DNA of 64,000 bases, from the NCBI RefSeq assembly GCF_009914755.1, contig NC_060942.1. The stretch is one strand, 5' to 3'. Of this stretch, positions 13,130-26,769 are shown piece by piece. The position numbers were made by a program, and so were the translations under genes. Origin of the DNA: the human T2T-CHM13v2.0 reference genome, Homo sapiens. Below the pieces are notes generated by a model. It did no database searches. It had not been told where the DNA came from and was given only the letters and a program-made list of their open reading frames with translations. Position 1 is the first letter of the stretch; every line of letters begins with the position of its first letter.

Positions 13130-13800
13130 AAGTTAAACAGTTCTTGCTCTCTTGAAGCTACATCCCAGCAGCAGAGACAGTTATTAAGCTGCTAATTGCA
13201 AAATTGACTATTAAATGGCAGTAGTAATGAGTGCTGCAACAAGACAAGAGTACACTAGGTACCTATCATGAACTGCAGACCTGGCTGCTTTGGGGAGGTC
13301 AGGAAAGTTGGGGACACACTCCTTGAGGAAATACTATTTGAGCTAAATTCCAAAAGATGAACTGAAATTAACTCTAATGATGGAGGAGGAGGAGGAGAAG
13401 AGTGGGCATTTCAGAAAAAAAAAAAAAAAAAAATCCATCCTAAAGACATTGCAGAAAGAACCAAGATAAAACACTGGGACTGGGGTGCCTAGACTGAAAG
13501 GAAGAGGAGCAGAGGATGAGCCTGTGGTCAGAAGTCAGGCCATGAAAGACATGAAGGCTGCAGCAGGACTTTGTTGTATCCTGAAAGCAAGGAGAGCATC
13601 TTGAAGTGATCTGGGAGGAATGACGGGAGGGAGGTAGCTGGAATGAAAGCTGGGAGAATGGTTCACAAAGAATTGCAGTACTGCAAGATGATGGCCTTCT
13701 GTGGAGGTAGATGGGAAGGAAAAAGTAAATGGGATTAAGGCAAATTTGGTAGGAAGAATAAGCTGAGTATCATGGCTGCATTAGCTATAGGGGTAAGAGT
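13130..13800 (-). mobile_element. L2 fragment
   Basis: Purine-rich sequence with typical L2-antisense phrases (gggaggtcaggaaag, tttgagct..aagatga, tatcctgaaagcaagg). Confidence 0.6.
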
Positions 13801-15468
13801 GATGAATGAATGCTAGCCAGCTAGACAAAGTACCATAACCTTAATAAACCAGAATGATGATCTTTTACAGTGTTTAAAAGTTTTCTTACCTCAGAGTATC
13901 TTTCTAGGTTTGAAAGTGTTTTCTTTCATGGTACATCACTGTAACCTGGAACTAGGAAACAGAGAAAGCCTAGATTGATAGAGTTGAGAAGGGAAGTTCA
14001 GCCATGGAGAGGACCCAGAGAGCAGGTGGCAAAAGAGTCAAAGATTAAAACCAAGAAGTTAATTATTTGCCAATATGACATTAGGTACCAAGTGATTTAT
14101 TTGCAGAGCTGCATTCTTGGCAACTTTGGATAATATACATAATCTGTGAATACTATCATCACATAATTACTGTTTACTGAGTGTCTCCCTTCTACGAGGT
14201 ATACATATTACCTGAGTTTATAAATTTCCTAAGGCTAATCCTCTGGGGGTAATATTCTTAATGATCACGTGGCTCATCCGCAGTTAGAAAGGTGGTTCCT
14301 AGCAGAGGTTGGATAAAACCTAAGTCTGTGTTGCTCGTAGGCTGAAGCTTAAAGTCAGTCTGCAACACAGTAAAGCAGAGAGAGTCCGTGAAAACTATGT
14401 CTTTGTTTCCTCACACTGCTGAGGGTTGTAAGTCAAAACCAAACTCCAAATTGTGACCCAAGTCTAGCTAAACACAGGGATGAGGTTGCCAAGGGATCTC
14501 AAATCCTCTTTTGATTGGAGTTTCACATTCTGATTTGTCTCCAAGAAAATGGGTTAGGTGAGTCCATTTCTGTGTATTATCAAAAGCCTGATATAGTGGG
14601 GAGTGGGTATAGGTGGAAGATGTAGGTGAAAAAGCCAGGTGAATTTTGGGGGACATAGATAGGACCTACTTAAAGCAAGAAGTGGTATATTAAAAGTACC
14701 TGACACCAGCTTAACACTTTCAAAAGTACTAAATGAAAGCACAGTTACAGTTTGTTTTATAGTTACTCTCTAAAAATAAACCTATTGTTCAACTTAAAAG
14801 AAAGATCGTCTTTAGTTTCCTTTCAGACTGGGAATGCTGAGATTCTTTCCCCATATTGCACCCGTGTTCAGATGTCCATATCTTCCAAATCCCTTTTTAG
14901 TGTTTCTTAATCAAATTTTTCTCCTTCTGCAAGATTGGCCAGTTACCTCTGGTGTTAAAATTTCCTCTAGCTTGGGAGATTCCAAGTATCCAGGAATATT
15001 TGCAAATGTACAATTTATGGCATGATTGATTGTTCAATGTGTTTTACAGGTTATTTTAGTGGCATAAAAATTATAGTCCAATCCTGCCTTTAGAATCATG
15101 TCTGTTGAAACTACTTTTGCACACACCGCCGTCCTAATCTGTCAGATGTGTAGATGATTGGTACAGAAAGACAATGGTAAAAGTCAGAGCTACTTTTTCT
15201 GCCCTACATTAAACATTCTCTTGAGCTGTGTGTGCTACTGCAAGTATTGAGTTCCATTTGTGTGTCACTGTCTTCTCCTACAGAGGAATAGCTTTCAAAT
15301 GTTCTGAGTTAAGAACTACCTTGGAAGAAACTGTAAAAATAATGTGCTCAAAAAAAGAGGCTTGTTTTTGAAGCTCAGCAGCACTTTCCATACACTGTCA
15401 CCTTACTTCATTCTCCACTAAGTGAAGCCCTTCAGTCGAACTCATAGAGAAAACTCTCCAATTAAATA

Positions 15469-16164
15469 CAGAACTTTCCCCTTATCCATGGGGGCATGTT
15501 CCAAGATCCCTAGTATATACATGTAACCACAGCTAGTACTGAACCCTATACATACTATGTTTTTTTCCTATACATACAAATCTATGGTAAAGTTTAATTT
15601 GTAAATTTGGCACAGATAAAGATGAACAACAATAATTCATAATAAAATAGAATAATTATAACAATATACTGTAACAAAAGTTATGTGAATGTTATCTCTC
15701 TCTCAAAATATCTTATTCTATTGTGCTCATTCTTTTTCTTCTTGTGATGATGCGAATGAAAAAATGCCTACATGTTGATGTGAAGTGAGGTGACAGACAT
15801 AGACAATGTGACATAGCTTTAGACTACCACTGATCTTCTGACAGTATGTGAGAAGGAGGGTCATTTGCTTTGGGCTATCCTGGATCATAAAGCCACATCG
15901 TCGTCAATAGTTGGATATAAGGAGCAGAGAATGTTGATGACTAAGAGGCAGGGAGCATACACAGTGTGCATAAGTTAGACAAAGGGGTAATTCACATCCC
16001 AGGGGACAGAACAGAGCAGCATGAGATTTCGTCATGCCACTCAGAATGGTATGAAATTTAAAACTTATGAAGTTTTCTTTTCTGTAATTTTCTATTTAAT
16101 AGTTTGGGATAGCAGTTGACCATGGATAACTGAAAAGAAATTACAGATATGTGAGGGAGTACTG
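15469..16164 (-). mobile_element. MER44 (Tigger7 derivative)
   Basis: Terminal inverted repeats cag...ccccttatcc / ...gtactg with TA flanks; body matches recalled MER44. Confidence 0.85.
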
Positions 16165-16719
16165 TACCTCCTAATCAAACCCTCAAATAAAGGTTCTTAA
16201 TATGATTTTATCCAACTTACCTTTATTTAGCATGTGATAGGGTCAGAGATCTTTATAATGAGGAAACTAAACCCACTCAGAATTTTCACATGTACCATTA
16301 GAATCATGGAATTTGAGAGCTGGGAGAGCAAAAACTGATAAAACTAAGATGAAGTCACTCTTTTAACAGCATAAATCAGCTGTTAAAAGCTGTTCATAGT
16401 AGGCCCTGTTGGCCTTCATGAACAGTCTGGGTTCATTTAGAGGTTCACAACATGCATGAAAGTGCAGAAAGAGAGTTCTAGAGTCAGATTCCACAGACAA
16501 ATGATGGCTGCAATCAGAAGGGAAAACACTGGGCCAAACTATTGGGAAGGATCTTATGGCAAATAAGCTGTGGCAAACAAATTCTTCAGGCCACTGTCCA
16601 GGAGGAAATATCCTTAAATAATAAAAGATATTTGGATTAAATAAAAAGCAAGAACAATTTGCCATTGTGATACATTGTAGAGGGCCTTATTACTGTACAG
16701 TCTGAAGTGTCTTCTAATA

Positions 16720-17135
16720 CGAAGTCTGCAACCCCTCGGACCACTGACTGGTATCTGTCCATGGCCTGTTAGGAACCGAGCCATACGGCAGAAGGTGAGC
16801 GGCAGGTGAGCAAGTAAAGCTTCATCTGTATTTACAGCTGCTCTCCGTCACTCACCTGAGCTCTGCCTACTGCCAGATTAGCAGCAGCATACGATTCTCA
16901 TAGAAGTGCAAACCATATTGGGAACTGTGCGTGTGAGGGATCCAGGTTGCATGCTTCTTATGAGAATCTAATGTCTGATTATCTTTCACTGTGTCCTGTC
17001 ACCCCAAGAAGGGACCATCTAGCTGAAGGAAAACAAGCTCAGGGCTCCCACTGATTCTACATTATGGTAAAATTATGGAAAAAATTTTCTTCCACGAAAC
17101 TGGTCCCTAATGCTTAAAAGGTTGGGGACAAGCTG
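16720..17135 (+). mobile_element. MER1A (hAT-Charlie)
   Basis: ggcctgttaggaacc, gagaatctaatg, ggttgggga end; 8-bp TSD ttctaata/ttctaaca. Confidence 0.88.
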
Positions 17136-17148
17136 TTCTAACAGATTG

Positions 17149-17751
17149 TGTGATCTGAGAGACCAAAAGAGACCCCTCTATCAACTAAGATGGGCCCAAA
17201 AGAAGGAAACAAAGTTATGAGTCAAGGGTTTAGGGCCTGGCTGGAATGGCAAATTTCTAAATTTTGAGGGCTAAACTCCCGACAATAGGAGGTATCAGCT
17301 ACAACTCTGATTGTACAGAGCAGCAACCTTACAAAAAAGTCTTTTCTAATAAACTACTGCAGATCTTAGGCCAGTTTCAGCCAGCTTATAGAGGCTGCAC
17401 ACACATTTTCTTTGTATCCTGTAGTTCACCTTTTGACATAAAGACGCAAATTCCACCTTATTTTAACACTAAAACCTTCCCCAGAATGAACATAGGATGT
17501 ATGTTACATACTTGTTTACCCAATTACACGCATTCGGCTCTCCTCATATATGTATAGCTTTCCTCCCAAACCTGCTGAATATGTTTGATACCAGCCTGAG
17601 GAGGCACAAAACCCAACCCGTCCTTCCCCTTTTTGAAGAGAGAGCACCTTCACCCCATGCTGGAGACTGTCTCTTCCTGGCTTGCAAACTAATATCACCA
17701 ATAAAGTTCTCTTTCTACTATGTAGTCACCCTAGTGGTCTTTGGGGCAGCA
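17149..17751 (+). mobile_element. ERV1 MER4-group solo LTR (MER72-like)
   Basis: TG...CA ends, AATAAA near the 3' end, perfect 4-bp TSD ATTG. Confidence 0.8.
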
Positions 17752-18479
17752 ATTGCCTTGTGGATCCATTCAGCATCTGATGAAGAAGCAGCAGTTATTC
17801 TGTTTTTACATATGGAGAAACCAAAACATATGGATGTGTTATGACTTCTCTGTATCAAAAACGCTTTTACAGAGTCTCAGAACTAAGATCTAAAGAGGCT
17901 TTTAGTTTAATGCTTTCAGTCATTAGATTACAATGGTTTCTGACCTGGGGCCATATTTAATACCTGAATATATTATTAAAGTGATCTAAAATTTTCCCTG
18001 AAGACCTTCAAGAACAACCCATGTTGTTTCTTTGCTTTGATACTATTCTACTTAGAAGGTGGAGAAACAGTCTTTTCCTGATTTTTTTTTAAGAGCTGAA
18101 TCTTGCTATCTCGAAGTAGGTACAAAGAGTATGTAATTTGCCAATATAGGAAGAATTTCCAATCACCCACAATGACTTGACTTTGAGTCTTGGAACAACA
18201 GTTTTACAATTTCATTTTCTCAAATGGTTACAAGGCCTATTTTCTAAAATTGGGTTTATATGGTGCCAAGATAAAAGGGTCTATAGCAAATAAAGCAAAC
18301 TCTCTTTAATCTAATTGTTCAGGTACTAGATAACTTTTAGAGCTGTGATTATTTTGCATGTATTGCCCATATTCATAATAAAATACAGGCAGATCATATT
18401 AATTAAAATAAGAAATTCATGTAATCTCAGGAACAAAAGAGGCTGAAGGTCATATATAACAATGCTATCGGCAATTCTG

Positions 18480-18645
18480 GTTGTATAATATAATCACTCA
18501 GGGAGTTTTTCAGAAACATAATTCTAGCCTCTCATCCTACACAAACTGTATTTGGTTTGAGATCAGTGGGTCATATCAGTACTGTTTTTTTTCTTTTAAG
18601 TTACCCAGGTGACTTAATATGCTGGGAGGTTGGAAAGCCACAGGT
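18480..18645. mobile_element. MER5-type hAT MITE
   Basis: aatcac..gggag and ccaggtga...ggttggaaagccac motifs. Confidence 0.55.
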
Positions 18646-19039
18646 CTTTAAGAACTCTGCAAAGCTACGATAAAAAAAGAAAAATCTAATTCCTGGAAGA
18701 AAACACCAGTATCCTAAGGGCTGGGAAAGTATAAACTGATTTTCCAACAACTGCCCCTACTAGAGGAACAGACCTCAGAGGTCTCAGGCCATCATATTTT
18801 GAAAAGTATTTCCTCAATCCCTGGATTCTAGTAGGTAAAAACTGAACAGTTTACTTAAACTGAAAGTAGTGAGAGTTCAGGTAGAAAATATTTTTATTTT
18901 AGTTTTTAACAAAATTAGAGACCAAAGCAACATTATATAAAATAGATTTATCAAAGAGCTCCAGAAAGGACATAAAAATATGCAGTTTTTGAACATCATC
19001 ATATAGTCCTGGATGCAAAAGGTAACCTCTCATGTAAAT

Positions 19040-21080
19040 ACATCTAATATTTAATTTAAACTAATGCAGATGGTTACATATGGATATATTTATAGGTAAG
19101 CACACACATATGCACACACACACATATGCACACACACATACACACACAAACATCGTCTTGCCCTGTCAGCTGAGAGAGCCCGAAAGCACTGACAACTCAG
19201 TTGTAAGAGCACACTTACCACCAAGAACTTGGTTTCTGAAACCATTCTTCAATGAAAAGGAACAAGGACTCCTCAGAGAATTAAGTGATGCTAAGATTTG
19301 GGAAGGAAGTATACAAGATAAGCCTGGGTCATTTTTCAGTGCCAGAAAGTAAGTGCTAAAAACAAACACACAAAAAACAAAATAAAACAATGGTGGAGTA
19401 TGTCAAAGCCAGTTGAAAGAGCTCCCAATGGCCAAAGCTGGAATAACTTGAAGAACAAAATAAGTAAAATGGTGTTGAATTACAACCCACAGTATGTCAA
19501 AGATATCCATGATTTTATCCGTTATAAGTAAATAAACAAATATATGGGACAAAAAAGACAACTCTCCAGTGTATAAGAATCTTATAGGCACTCTACTTTT
19601 AAGGAGGTGGAAAATAATCTCTGCTCCTTAAATATGGGCTGGACACTGTGACTCTAGAGACAAACTCTTCAAACTGTGTTTTCCTCTGTTCTCATACAAC
19701 AGCAATCATCAATACAGAAGAAGACATCTGTGATCAGATGTGTGGAGTTTTTCCCCATACACAGCAGCTGGATGTTCTCAAATTCAGTTCCCACACTGTC
19801 TACCCAAAGACAGTGTCAGATTCCACAGGGTGAGGGCTCAGTCCCCAAAACTTCCCCCAAAAGATACTAGTTGCAAGTTTGGGCCTCTGGAACTTCTGAC
19901 TGATTGACTTCAAGTTCAGAGTCCCGTGACCCTCCTCCTTAGGTTCTATTAAGTTGCTGAGCAGCTCACAGAACTCAGGGAAACACTTATGTTTTGTCAG
20001 TTCTCAAAGGATATTACAAAGGAAACAGATGAAGAGATGCATAGGGTGAGGTATAAGGGAAGAGGCACCAAGCTCCCATGCCCTCCCTAGGCATACCACT
20101 CTCCAGGAATCTCCATGTGTTCAGCTATTAGGAAGCTCCCAAACCCAGTCCTCTTGGTTTTTTATGGACACTTCATTACATAGGCATGATTGATTCAACT
20201 GTTGGCAATGGTGATCAACTTGACATTTAGCTCCTCTGCTCTCCCCAGAAGTTGAGGTTTGGGCTGAAATTTCCAACCCTGTAATCCCGCCTTGGTCTTT
20301 CTGGTGACCAGCCCTCACTCTGAACCTATCAGACAAAAAACACACACAAAAGACAGCAGTTTAGAGAGCTCAAGGATTTGGGGCATTGTATGCCAGGAAA
20401 AGGGAAGGAAAACCAAATATATTTTTCATAATATCAGAGTAACTTTCTTTCAAAGAGAACAATATAGAATGCAAGGAGAACTTATTTAAAGTTCTCACAC
20501 TATAAAGCAACTTCTTTGTAGTGAGGAAAACTGACAAACATTGCCTCAAGTCAGGAGATGAAGGTTAACATTAACAGTGATAAGTCATATTGATAGTATG
20601 TACCCTTGATACAAAGTGAGAAGAATGGCCCTTTGCCTCTGTGATCTTCCTCCCCAAAATATATCACCCCAGTCTAATGAAGAGAAAATATCAGACAAAT
20701 CCCAATTGAAACAGATTCTACAAAATAACTAACCAGTGTTCCACAAAATTGTCAAGGTCATCAAAAATAAAGAAAGTCTGAGAAACTTATAAACAAGAGG
20801 AGCCTAAGGGGACATGACACATAAATGACATATGGTATCCTGGATGGGATCCTGGGACAGAAGAAGAAGATTAGATAATAACTCAGGAAATCTGAATAAA
20901 ATATGAACATTAGCTCTTACCAACTAATTGTTCATTAATTGAAACAAATGCATCAGACTAATGTAAGATGTTCCTAACAGTAAAAACTGGGTATGGGGTA
21001 TATGGAATTCTTTTTACTGTTTTCACAATAATTCTCTAAATCTAAAACTGTTCTAAATTTAAAGTTTGTTTTAAAAAAAG
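19040..21080 (+). mobile_element. Old L1 (L1MC/L1MD) 3' UTR, split by MER21
   Basis: Typical 3' UTR phrases (tatcctggatgggatcctgg, aaatctgaataaa, ctaaaactgttctaaa); sequence is continuous across the LTR insertion. Confidence 0.8.
19653..20438 (-). mobile_element. MER21 solo LTR (MER21A-like)
   Basis: Minus strand begins t(c)tgatattatgaaaaatatatttgg; 5-bp TSD gtgac/gtaac. Confidence 0.85.
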
Positions 21081-23519
21081 CCTTCCTCCATAGAAAAGGA
21101 TAGGGTAATAATCTGTCCTTTGTTCTTGCATACGGTATACACAATTCTTTCTATTATAGAAAGTAAAGGTCATCATGGTCTCTATTTGGAGTTGCTGAGA
21201 TATTATCTATACTTTTTTTTTCTAACTGAATCATGGAGACATTTTTCTGCATGAAATCTGGAGCCAGCCATTACCAATATTATATATGCCACAATAGTTT
21301 CACATTACTGGGGACTAGTCCCAAATTCTATGGAACGTAATTCAAATTTTCAAGATAGAAGCTTCCATGTGTAATCTCCTAACATTTTTCTCCTACCAAT
21401 AATGAAGCCTATATTTTGTTATGGTCAGTAGCCCTGCCAAGCTATTTTTCTCTTGGATATTCTCATGGATTTTTTTTCCAACACTGGCTGTTGTTCAAAC
21501 TTACACAATAGAATTGTCACACTTTATAAACTGTGTTGAATATTCTGATCCCATTCATTTGAGGAGGTCCTCTATTTAATGCCCAACTAGCTTTGAGGTC
21601 CTTCCGAGATAATCAAGTAGTCATTGGCACCTTGCATGTAATAGCCACTGCTGCATGAAGAGTCCATAAATTCAATTCTCTGTGCAAAAGCCATGGAAAA
21701 CAGAACCGTCTAGCTTAAATCACTTGAAAGCCACTCTATTAAATTTCTGAGGCTGACCCTGATAAACAAAATTTTGGAGGAAATCTTCTATTGTTGATTG
21801 TGCGATATCAGGTGGTTTAGATGTAAATTTCAACAACTGCTTTCTCCACAGAATAATATTATACATTCATTTTTCGGGCTACTTTTTTATTACATTGATG
21901 CTATTTTAGTGATTCAGCTACCTCAGTGATTTGTGATCCACAGTCCCTGCAGCCCCAGATAGGCCATTGTCCTGATTCAGTGTGATAATATGATCTATCC
22001 TGAGAATTCAGTCCACACTATTATTCCTGCTGCACATCAGATGGCAAGTTGCTGTTGCACATGTTAAACTAGTTACGAGTTAGAACTCCATCGAACTAGT
22101 ATGGATTTCCATTTATTTATGGCTGACCTGAGGCTATTTCAAACACAGGTGAGTCTCTTTAACTTTATCTAATTGAAGTCTTTCCATGTTTCCCTGAAAA
22201 GAAGTATTACAGACTCAAGTTCTCCATTACCAAAAACATTATCTATAAATATCACCCTAAAGCCTGTAGTCTTCCTCCAAAATGCTTCAGTTAGAAATAC
22301 CTTTTTAAAATATATAATACATTTCTGCTTTATCAATAATTTTTAAGAGGCATACATCTTCCCTTATCAGAATCAAAGCACGACAACAAGAAATAAAATA
22401 TGTCTTCATTCTCATATTTTCTATTTTAGAATGGGAAAGATATGGTATCACGAAGCTAGCCTAGGCAAACAACAAACAAAAACAAAACAAAACAGAAACC
22501 TCAAAATGTCTAAGGAGTAAATGAAAACATGAGCATCTAATATATATATATGCATGCATATGTGTGTATATGCATACACACATACTCAGAGATGCATGTT
22601 TATAGCCAATACAGACACCTAGATGTAGATTCCAGATCTGCAGAGAAGCCAGAGAAAGTGATCTCTTAACTTTTCACTGTTTATTTTCAACAGATATATT
22701 TAATCTTCAAGAAGAAGGTGCATTTTTAAATAAAGTTAAAGGATGAATAGAAGAAAGATTCTAAATTGCAAAAAAAAGTATTTATTGACTAGTTTCTTCT
22801 CATTGTTGTTGGTTTTTCTCTGATAGCAGTAGAATTCCTAATTAACATTTTTCAATATTTTGTATTCCTTTATCAATCTCAAACTTAGTCCTCCTTTTCA
22901 TCACTACCACAAATAGAGTAGTATAAGTAAAAAGCAACACTCCTTTTTACTTAATTATGACCATTTTATGGATTATTTCTGTTCTCTTAAATAATTAACA
23001 ACATATCTAATCTACATAGAGCATAGCAACTGATCTTAAATAACGAAGTTTCTAAAATAAATTCTACTAATTATTTACTTACTATGAATAACTTCACTAA
23101 CATTAATGAGCGTTACAACATGCTGATTTGTCAGTGACCTAAACAGTGGTCAGGTCACAGTTCTCTGAATAAAGACCAATTACTTTTGTACTTTTCAACA
23201 CCTATTTTGAATTAAGTAAAAACATCCAATATTAATTTTAAAATACTCCCCAGGTCCATTTTATATCTATTTAGTTCATATATCTCATAATATAATAAAA
23301 ATTGTACAGGTTTTGATATAAGAAATGTTAGTTTAAACATCACGTCTTGCTGATACTGGCTATGGAGCTAAAACAAGTTATCGATCTTGCTAAACTCAGT
23401 TTTCTATTTGTGATATAAAGGCAAAAGTAGTTATCTTTTAAATAAATTGTTTACTTAAAGGATTAAATAACAAAATAAATACAAAACACAGCATGGTGCC
23501 TGGCCTCTAGGAAAAAAAA

Positions 23520-23645
23520 GTATATATTTATATATATAATATATATTATATATAAACATATATTTATATATAAATATATATATTATATATTTAATATATG
23601 ATATATATTTATATATTAATATATATATTATATATATATATAAAA
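23520..23645. repeat. AT-rich (TA)n-like quasi-palindromic tract
   Basis: About 125 bp of almost pure A/T dominated by TA alternation. Confidence 0.95.
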
Positions 23646-23699
23646 TACTAAATATGTCCCTCCCTCATCACTTTGTAAAGAAAAAGCTTTGGACTTAAA

Positions 23700-23990
23700 C
23701 TTTCATTTCTTCTTTGATTCAACAAATATGCATCTATCACCTTAACTATGCCAGGCACTGTGCTAGGTGCTACTATAATGGTAGATAAAAAGAGACACAG
23801 GTTTTACTCTAATTGAGGTTGTATTGGAATGAAAAATATTTATCTGTGTAACTTTGAGCAAGTGTCTAGATGTTCTTTTGCTTCTATTTCTTCATCTATT
23901 AATAAGAGATAATGCTTTAATGTCATGAGATTAAAATGAAATGAGACACCATATAGAAATGATTTGTAAACTATTAAATATTTGTATTTA
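23700..23990. mobile_element. L2 3' end (minus strand) followed by a MIR fragment
   Basis: attcaacaaata..ctatgccaggcactgtgctaggtgct, then tgtaactttgagcaagt..tttcttcatct. Confidence 0.65.
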
Positions 23991-24570
23991 TTATATATTA
24001 TTTATATATATACTACTATATGTATATGTGTTCTCAAAAGAGAAATATTTAAAGATATTTCCATATTAAAGTGATAGGAAGAGGGAAAGTACTTGGTATT
24101 TTCCAAAAAAATTGAGGTAAGAAAACCAATATGTAATCAAAATTATAAAATATTTTTCATCTAGTTAGACTTATGAGCTGTAAACTTTACTCATGAAGGA
24201 CTCACTGAGCTGTTAGTATTTTAAATGTTTGATTTGGGTCAATTCTGTTCTCGACAGCTTCAGCTCCTACCCCTACACCTGGCACATGGTGATCACTCTG
24301 TAAATCTTTCCAGAATAAAGGGAAATTTATATATTTATGGTTAAAACGCACACACAAACAAGCAAACAAAATACATTTTAAGAACAAATTTTAAAACTCA
24401 TAAATGGCAAAATTTTAAAAAGAACATCCTATGCCAATTTATTTAAAGTTGTATAGGTAAGGAATAGAGATTTCCAGTGGTAATACTTTTGATCCAAAGT
24501 TATCCATTTAGCCTTGGCTGTTTATCTACTCAGCAGAAATCATGTAGATGATATCTCAGCACAAGAATTC

Positions 24571-24778
24571 CCAGCACTTTGGGAGGCCGAGGCGGGTGGA
24601 TCACGAGGTCAGGAGATCAAGACCATCCTGGCTAACACAGTGAAATCCAGTCTCTACTAAAAATACAAAAAATTAGCCGGGCATGGTGGTGGGCGCCTGT
24701 AGTCCCAGCTACTCAGGAGGCTGAGGCCGGAGAATGGCGTGCAGTGAAAGTCTGTCAGACAAAAAAAAAAAAAAGGAA
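24571..24778 (+). mobile_element. AluY-like element, 5'-truncated, with most of the right arm deleted
   Basis: gatcacgaggtcaggagatc.agaccatcctggctaacac and agaatggcgtg (AluY-type); poly(A); TSD aagaattc. Confidence 0.9.
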
Positions 24779-25567
24779 AAGAATTCTCAGACTGATCCAA
24801 CATTATGAAAGTGTCTACTTGTCAAAAGCATTGTCCTCTCATAGGTCAATAAATGTGGAGCAGCATTGGTTTAGGAACATGATCATTATTAGATTCCAGG
24901 GTAAAAACAGGTTATAAAGAGTAAATATACAATTAGTTAGTGAGAATTTTAAAATGCATTTATTTAAAAGCAATTGAATAAACATTTGAAAAGTAATATT
25001 CAAATGCAATTCTGGAAATGTGCAAGGGTGAGAAGTATCTACTATGCTGTCTATAGCACACGATTCTTGTTAGTTTCTCATATTAGTAGTTTACCCTGCA
25101 TTATTATCATACTTTTTATATAGGCTACAAAATGAAAGAGGATGTTCTCTGTTCATAGATAACACAAAGTGTCATTTATTATGTTTCATGAAGCCTGAAC
25201 AGCTTACGTTTTTCAAGCTATACATTTTTCATAATCTTAATGAATCTAAATGTTTTTCCAGGGCTAGTTGCTTAGTTTATAAATCATAGGAATTTCTCTT
25301 CATAGTTAGAAAAAATTATAGAAATAATTTTATCTCTACGAATATATGTTTACAAAACAAATCATTTCTGGTATCTTAAATTATCAATGAAGTATTCTCT
25401 TTTATAATTACTTCAAATGTTATTAAATTTTACAGAGAATATCAATTAATGTATAACTCTGTGCAACATCTCTTTAAGCAAATCTGAATTTTCTAACCTG
25501 GTAGGATGTCTTTAAAAATGATAATATTAGTGGCAATATCATTAGTGATAGCAGTAGTGATGATGTC

Positions 25568-26281
25568 TGTGGTAGTCATAGTTGTAGAAGTACCCAGCAC
25601 ATAAACTGCTTTTACCATATGTAAGTCAAATACAAATGTTAATACATTTATTCCTTCTAATAATCCTTTAAGGTGGCATTCTGATCTTGATTTCACAAAG
25701 AAATTGACCTTAAATATATACTCCCAATCATAAAGTTAGGAATCAGTGAATCAGCATTCAAACACAAATAGCCTGATTGCAGATTGGGTTTTGAACCTCC
25801 GCAATAACTACTTGTTGTAGGCAACAATGGTAGCCAAGTAGTTATATTTAAGAGGCAGAGGGAGATCTATTTACAACTTGAAGAATTCGTTGATTCTGAT
25901 TCTAGGCTGCACAGAAGCCTAATTAGTATACACCTCTATTATAGTTGGATAAAATATTGTTATAATTGGCTACATTATTATAAAAACATTACTGAAGCCC
26001 ACAATTTTTAAATAGTGGATTTATTACTTGGATTTTAAACATAAGAGGTATTAGTGTTTACAAACATTCGTATGTGGTTAAAAACATCAACAATCGTATG
26101 CAGTTTAAGGACTTTTGCTTTCCAAATTAAAGAATAAACACACTTCCTCAAGGACATACTGCTCAGATTAGACTACTGCTATGTACTTAAAATAAGTTAA
26201 ATTTAACTATTCATATAATATTAAGGTAACAGAATGAGAATATCTCTTCTTTACACAATTAATATTTAATACGTGCTGTAT
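25568..26281 (+). repeat. Donor copy of a 714-bp local duplication (MIR-like start plus unique DNA)
   Basis: About 95% identical to 30434-31145 by manual alignment. Confidence 0.97.
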
Positions 26282-26769
26282 CACCAGGTAGAATGTCTTA
26301 ATATCTAAAACACAGGAAACTTCTGAAATATTTAGAAATAATTTAGGAAATCAAGTAGGGAATTAATACACCATAGTCACATTTGGTTTACATAATATCA
26401 AATATCCTGCTAATTGGAAATTTTTTTTCATATTTTTTGAACTCTTCATTTTATCAAGACACATAAAATGATATAATTTAAACAGATACGACTTAACTGA
26501 CAAGAAAGAAAAAGAGTCAGTAATTATGTAAAAAAAATTTTCAGCCAACACTTAACCGCTTGAGTGTTGGCCTGAAGCTGAGCTGGGGAGATTTGTAGTT
26601 GACAGGAGAGCAAATGAAACTCTAGGGACTCTCCACCCTGCTGTTTTGACCCCTACACCCAACTCAGCTGAAGTTTCACAGCCTAGAATCTATGCTTTTA
26701 TTATCTCCTTGATAGGTAATTAGTAGGTAATATGGTAAATGGTCTCAAGCAAATAAACAATGAATTTAT

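Noticed and set aside
22089-22100. catcgaactagt, identical to part of the E. coli trp operator
   Set aside because: A 12-nt match with no other bacterial or vector context; expected by chance.
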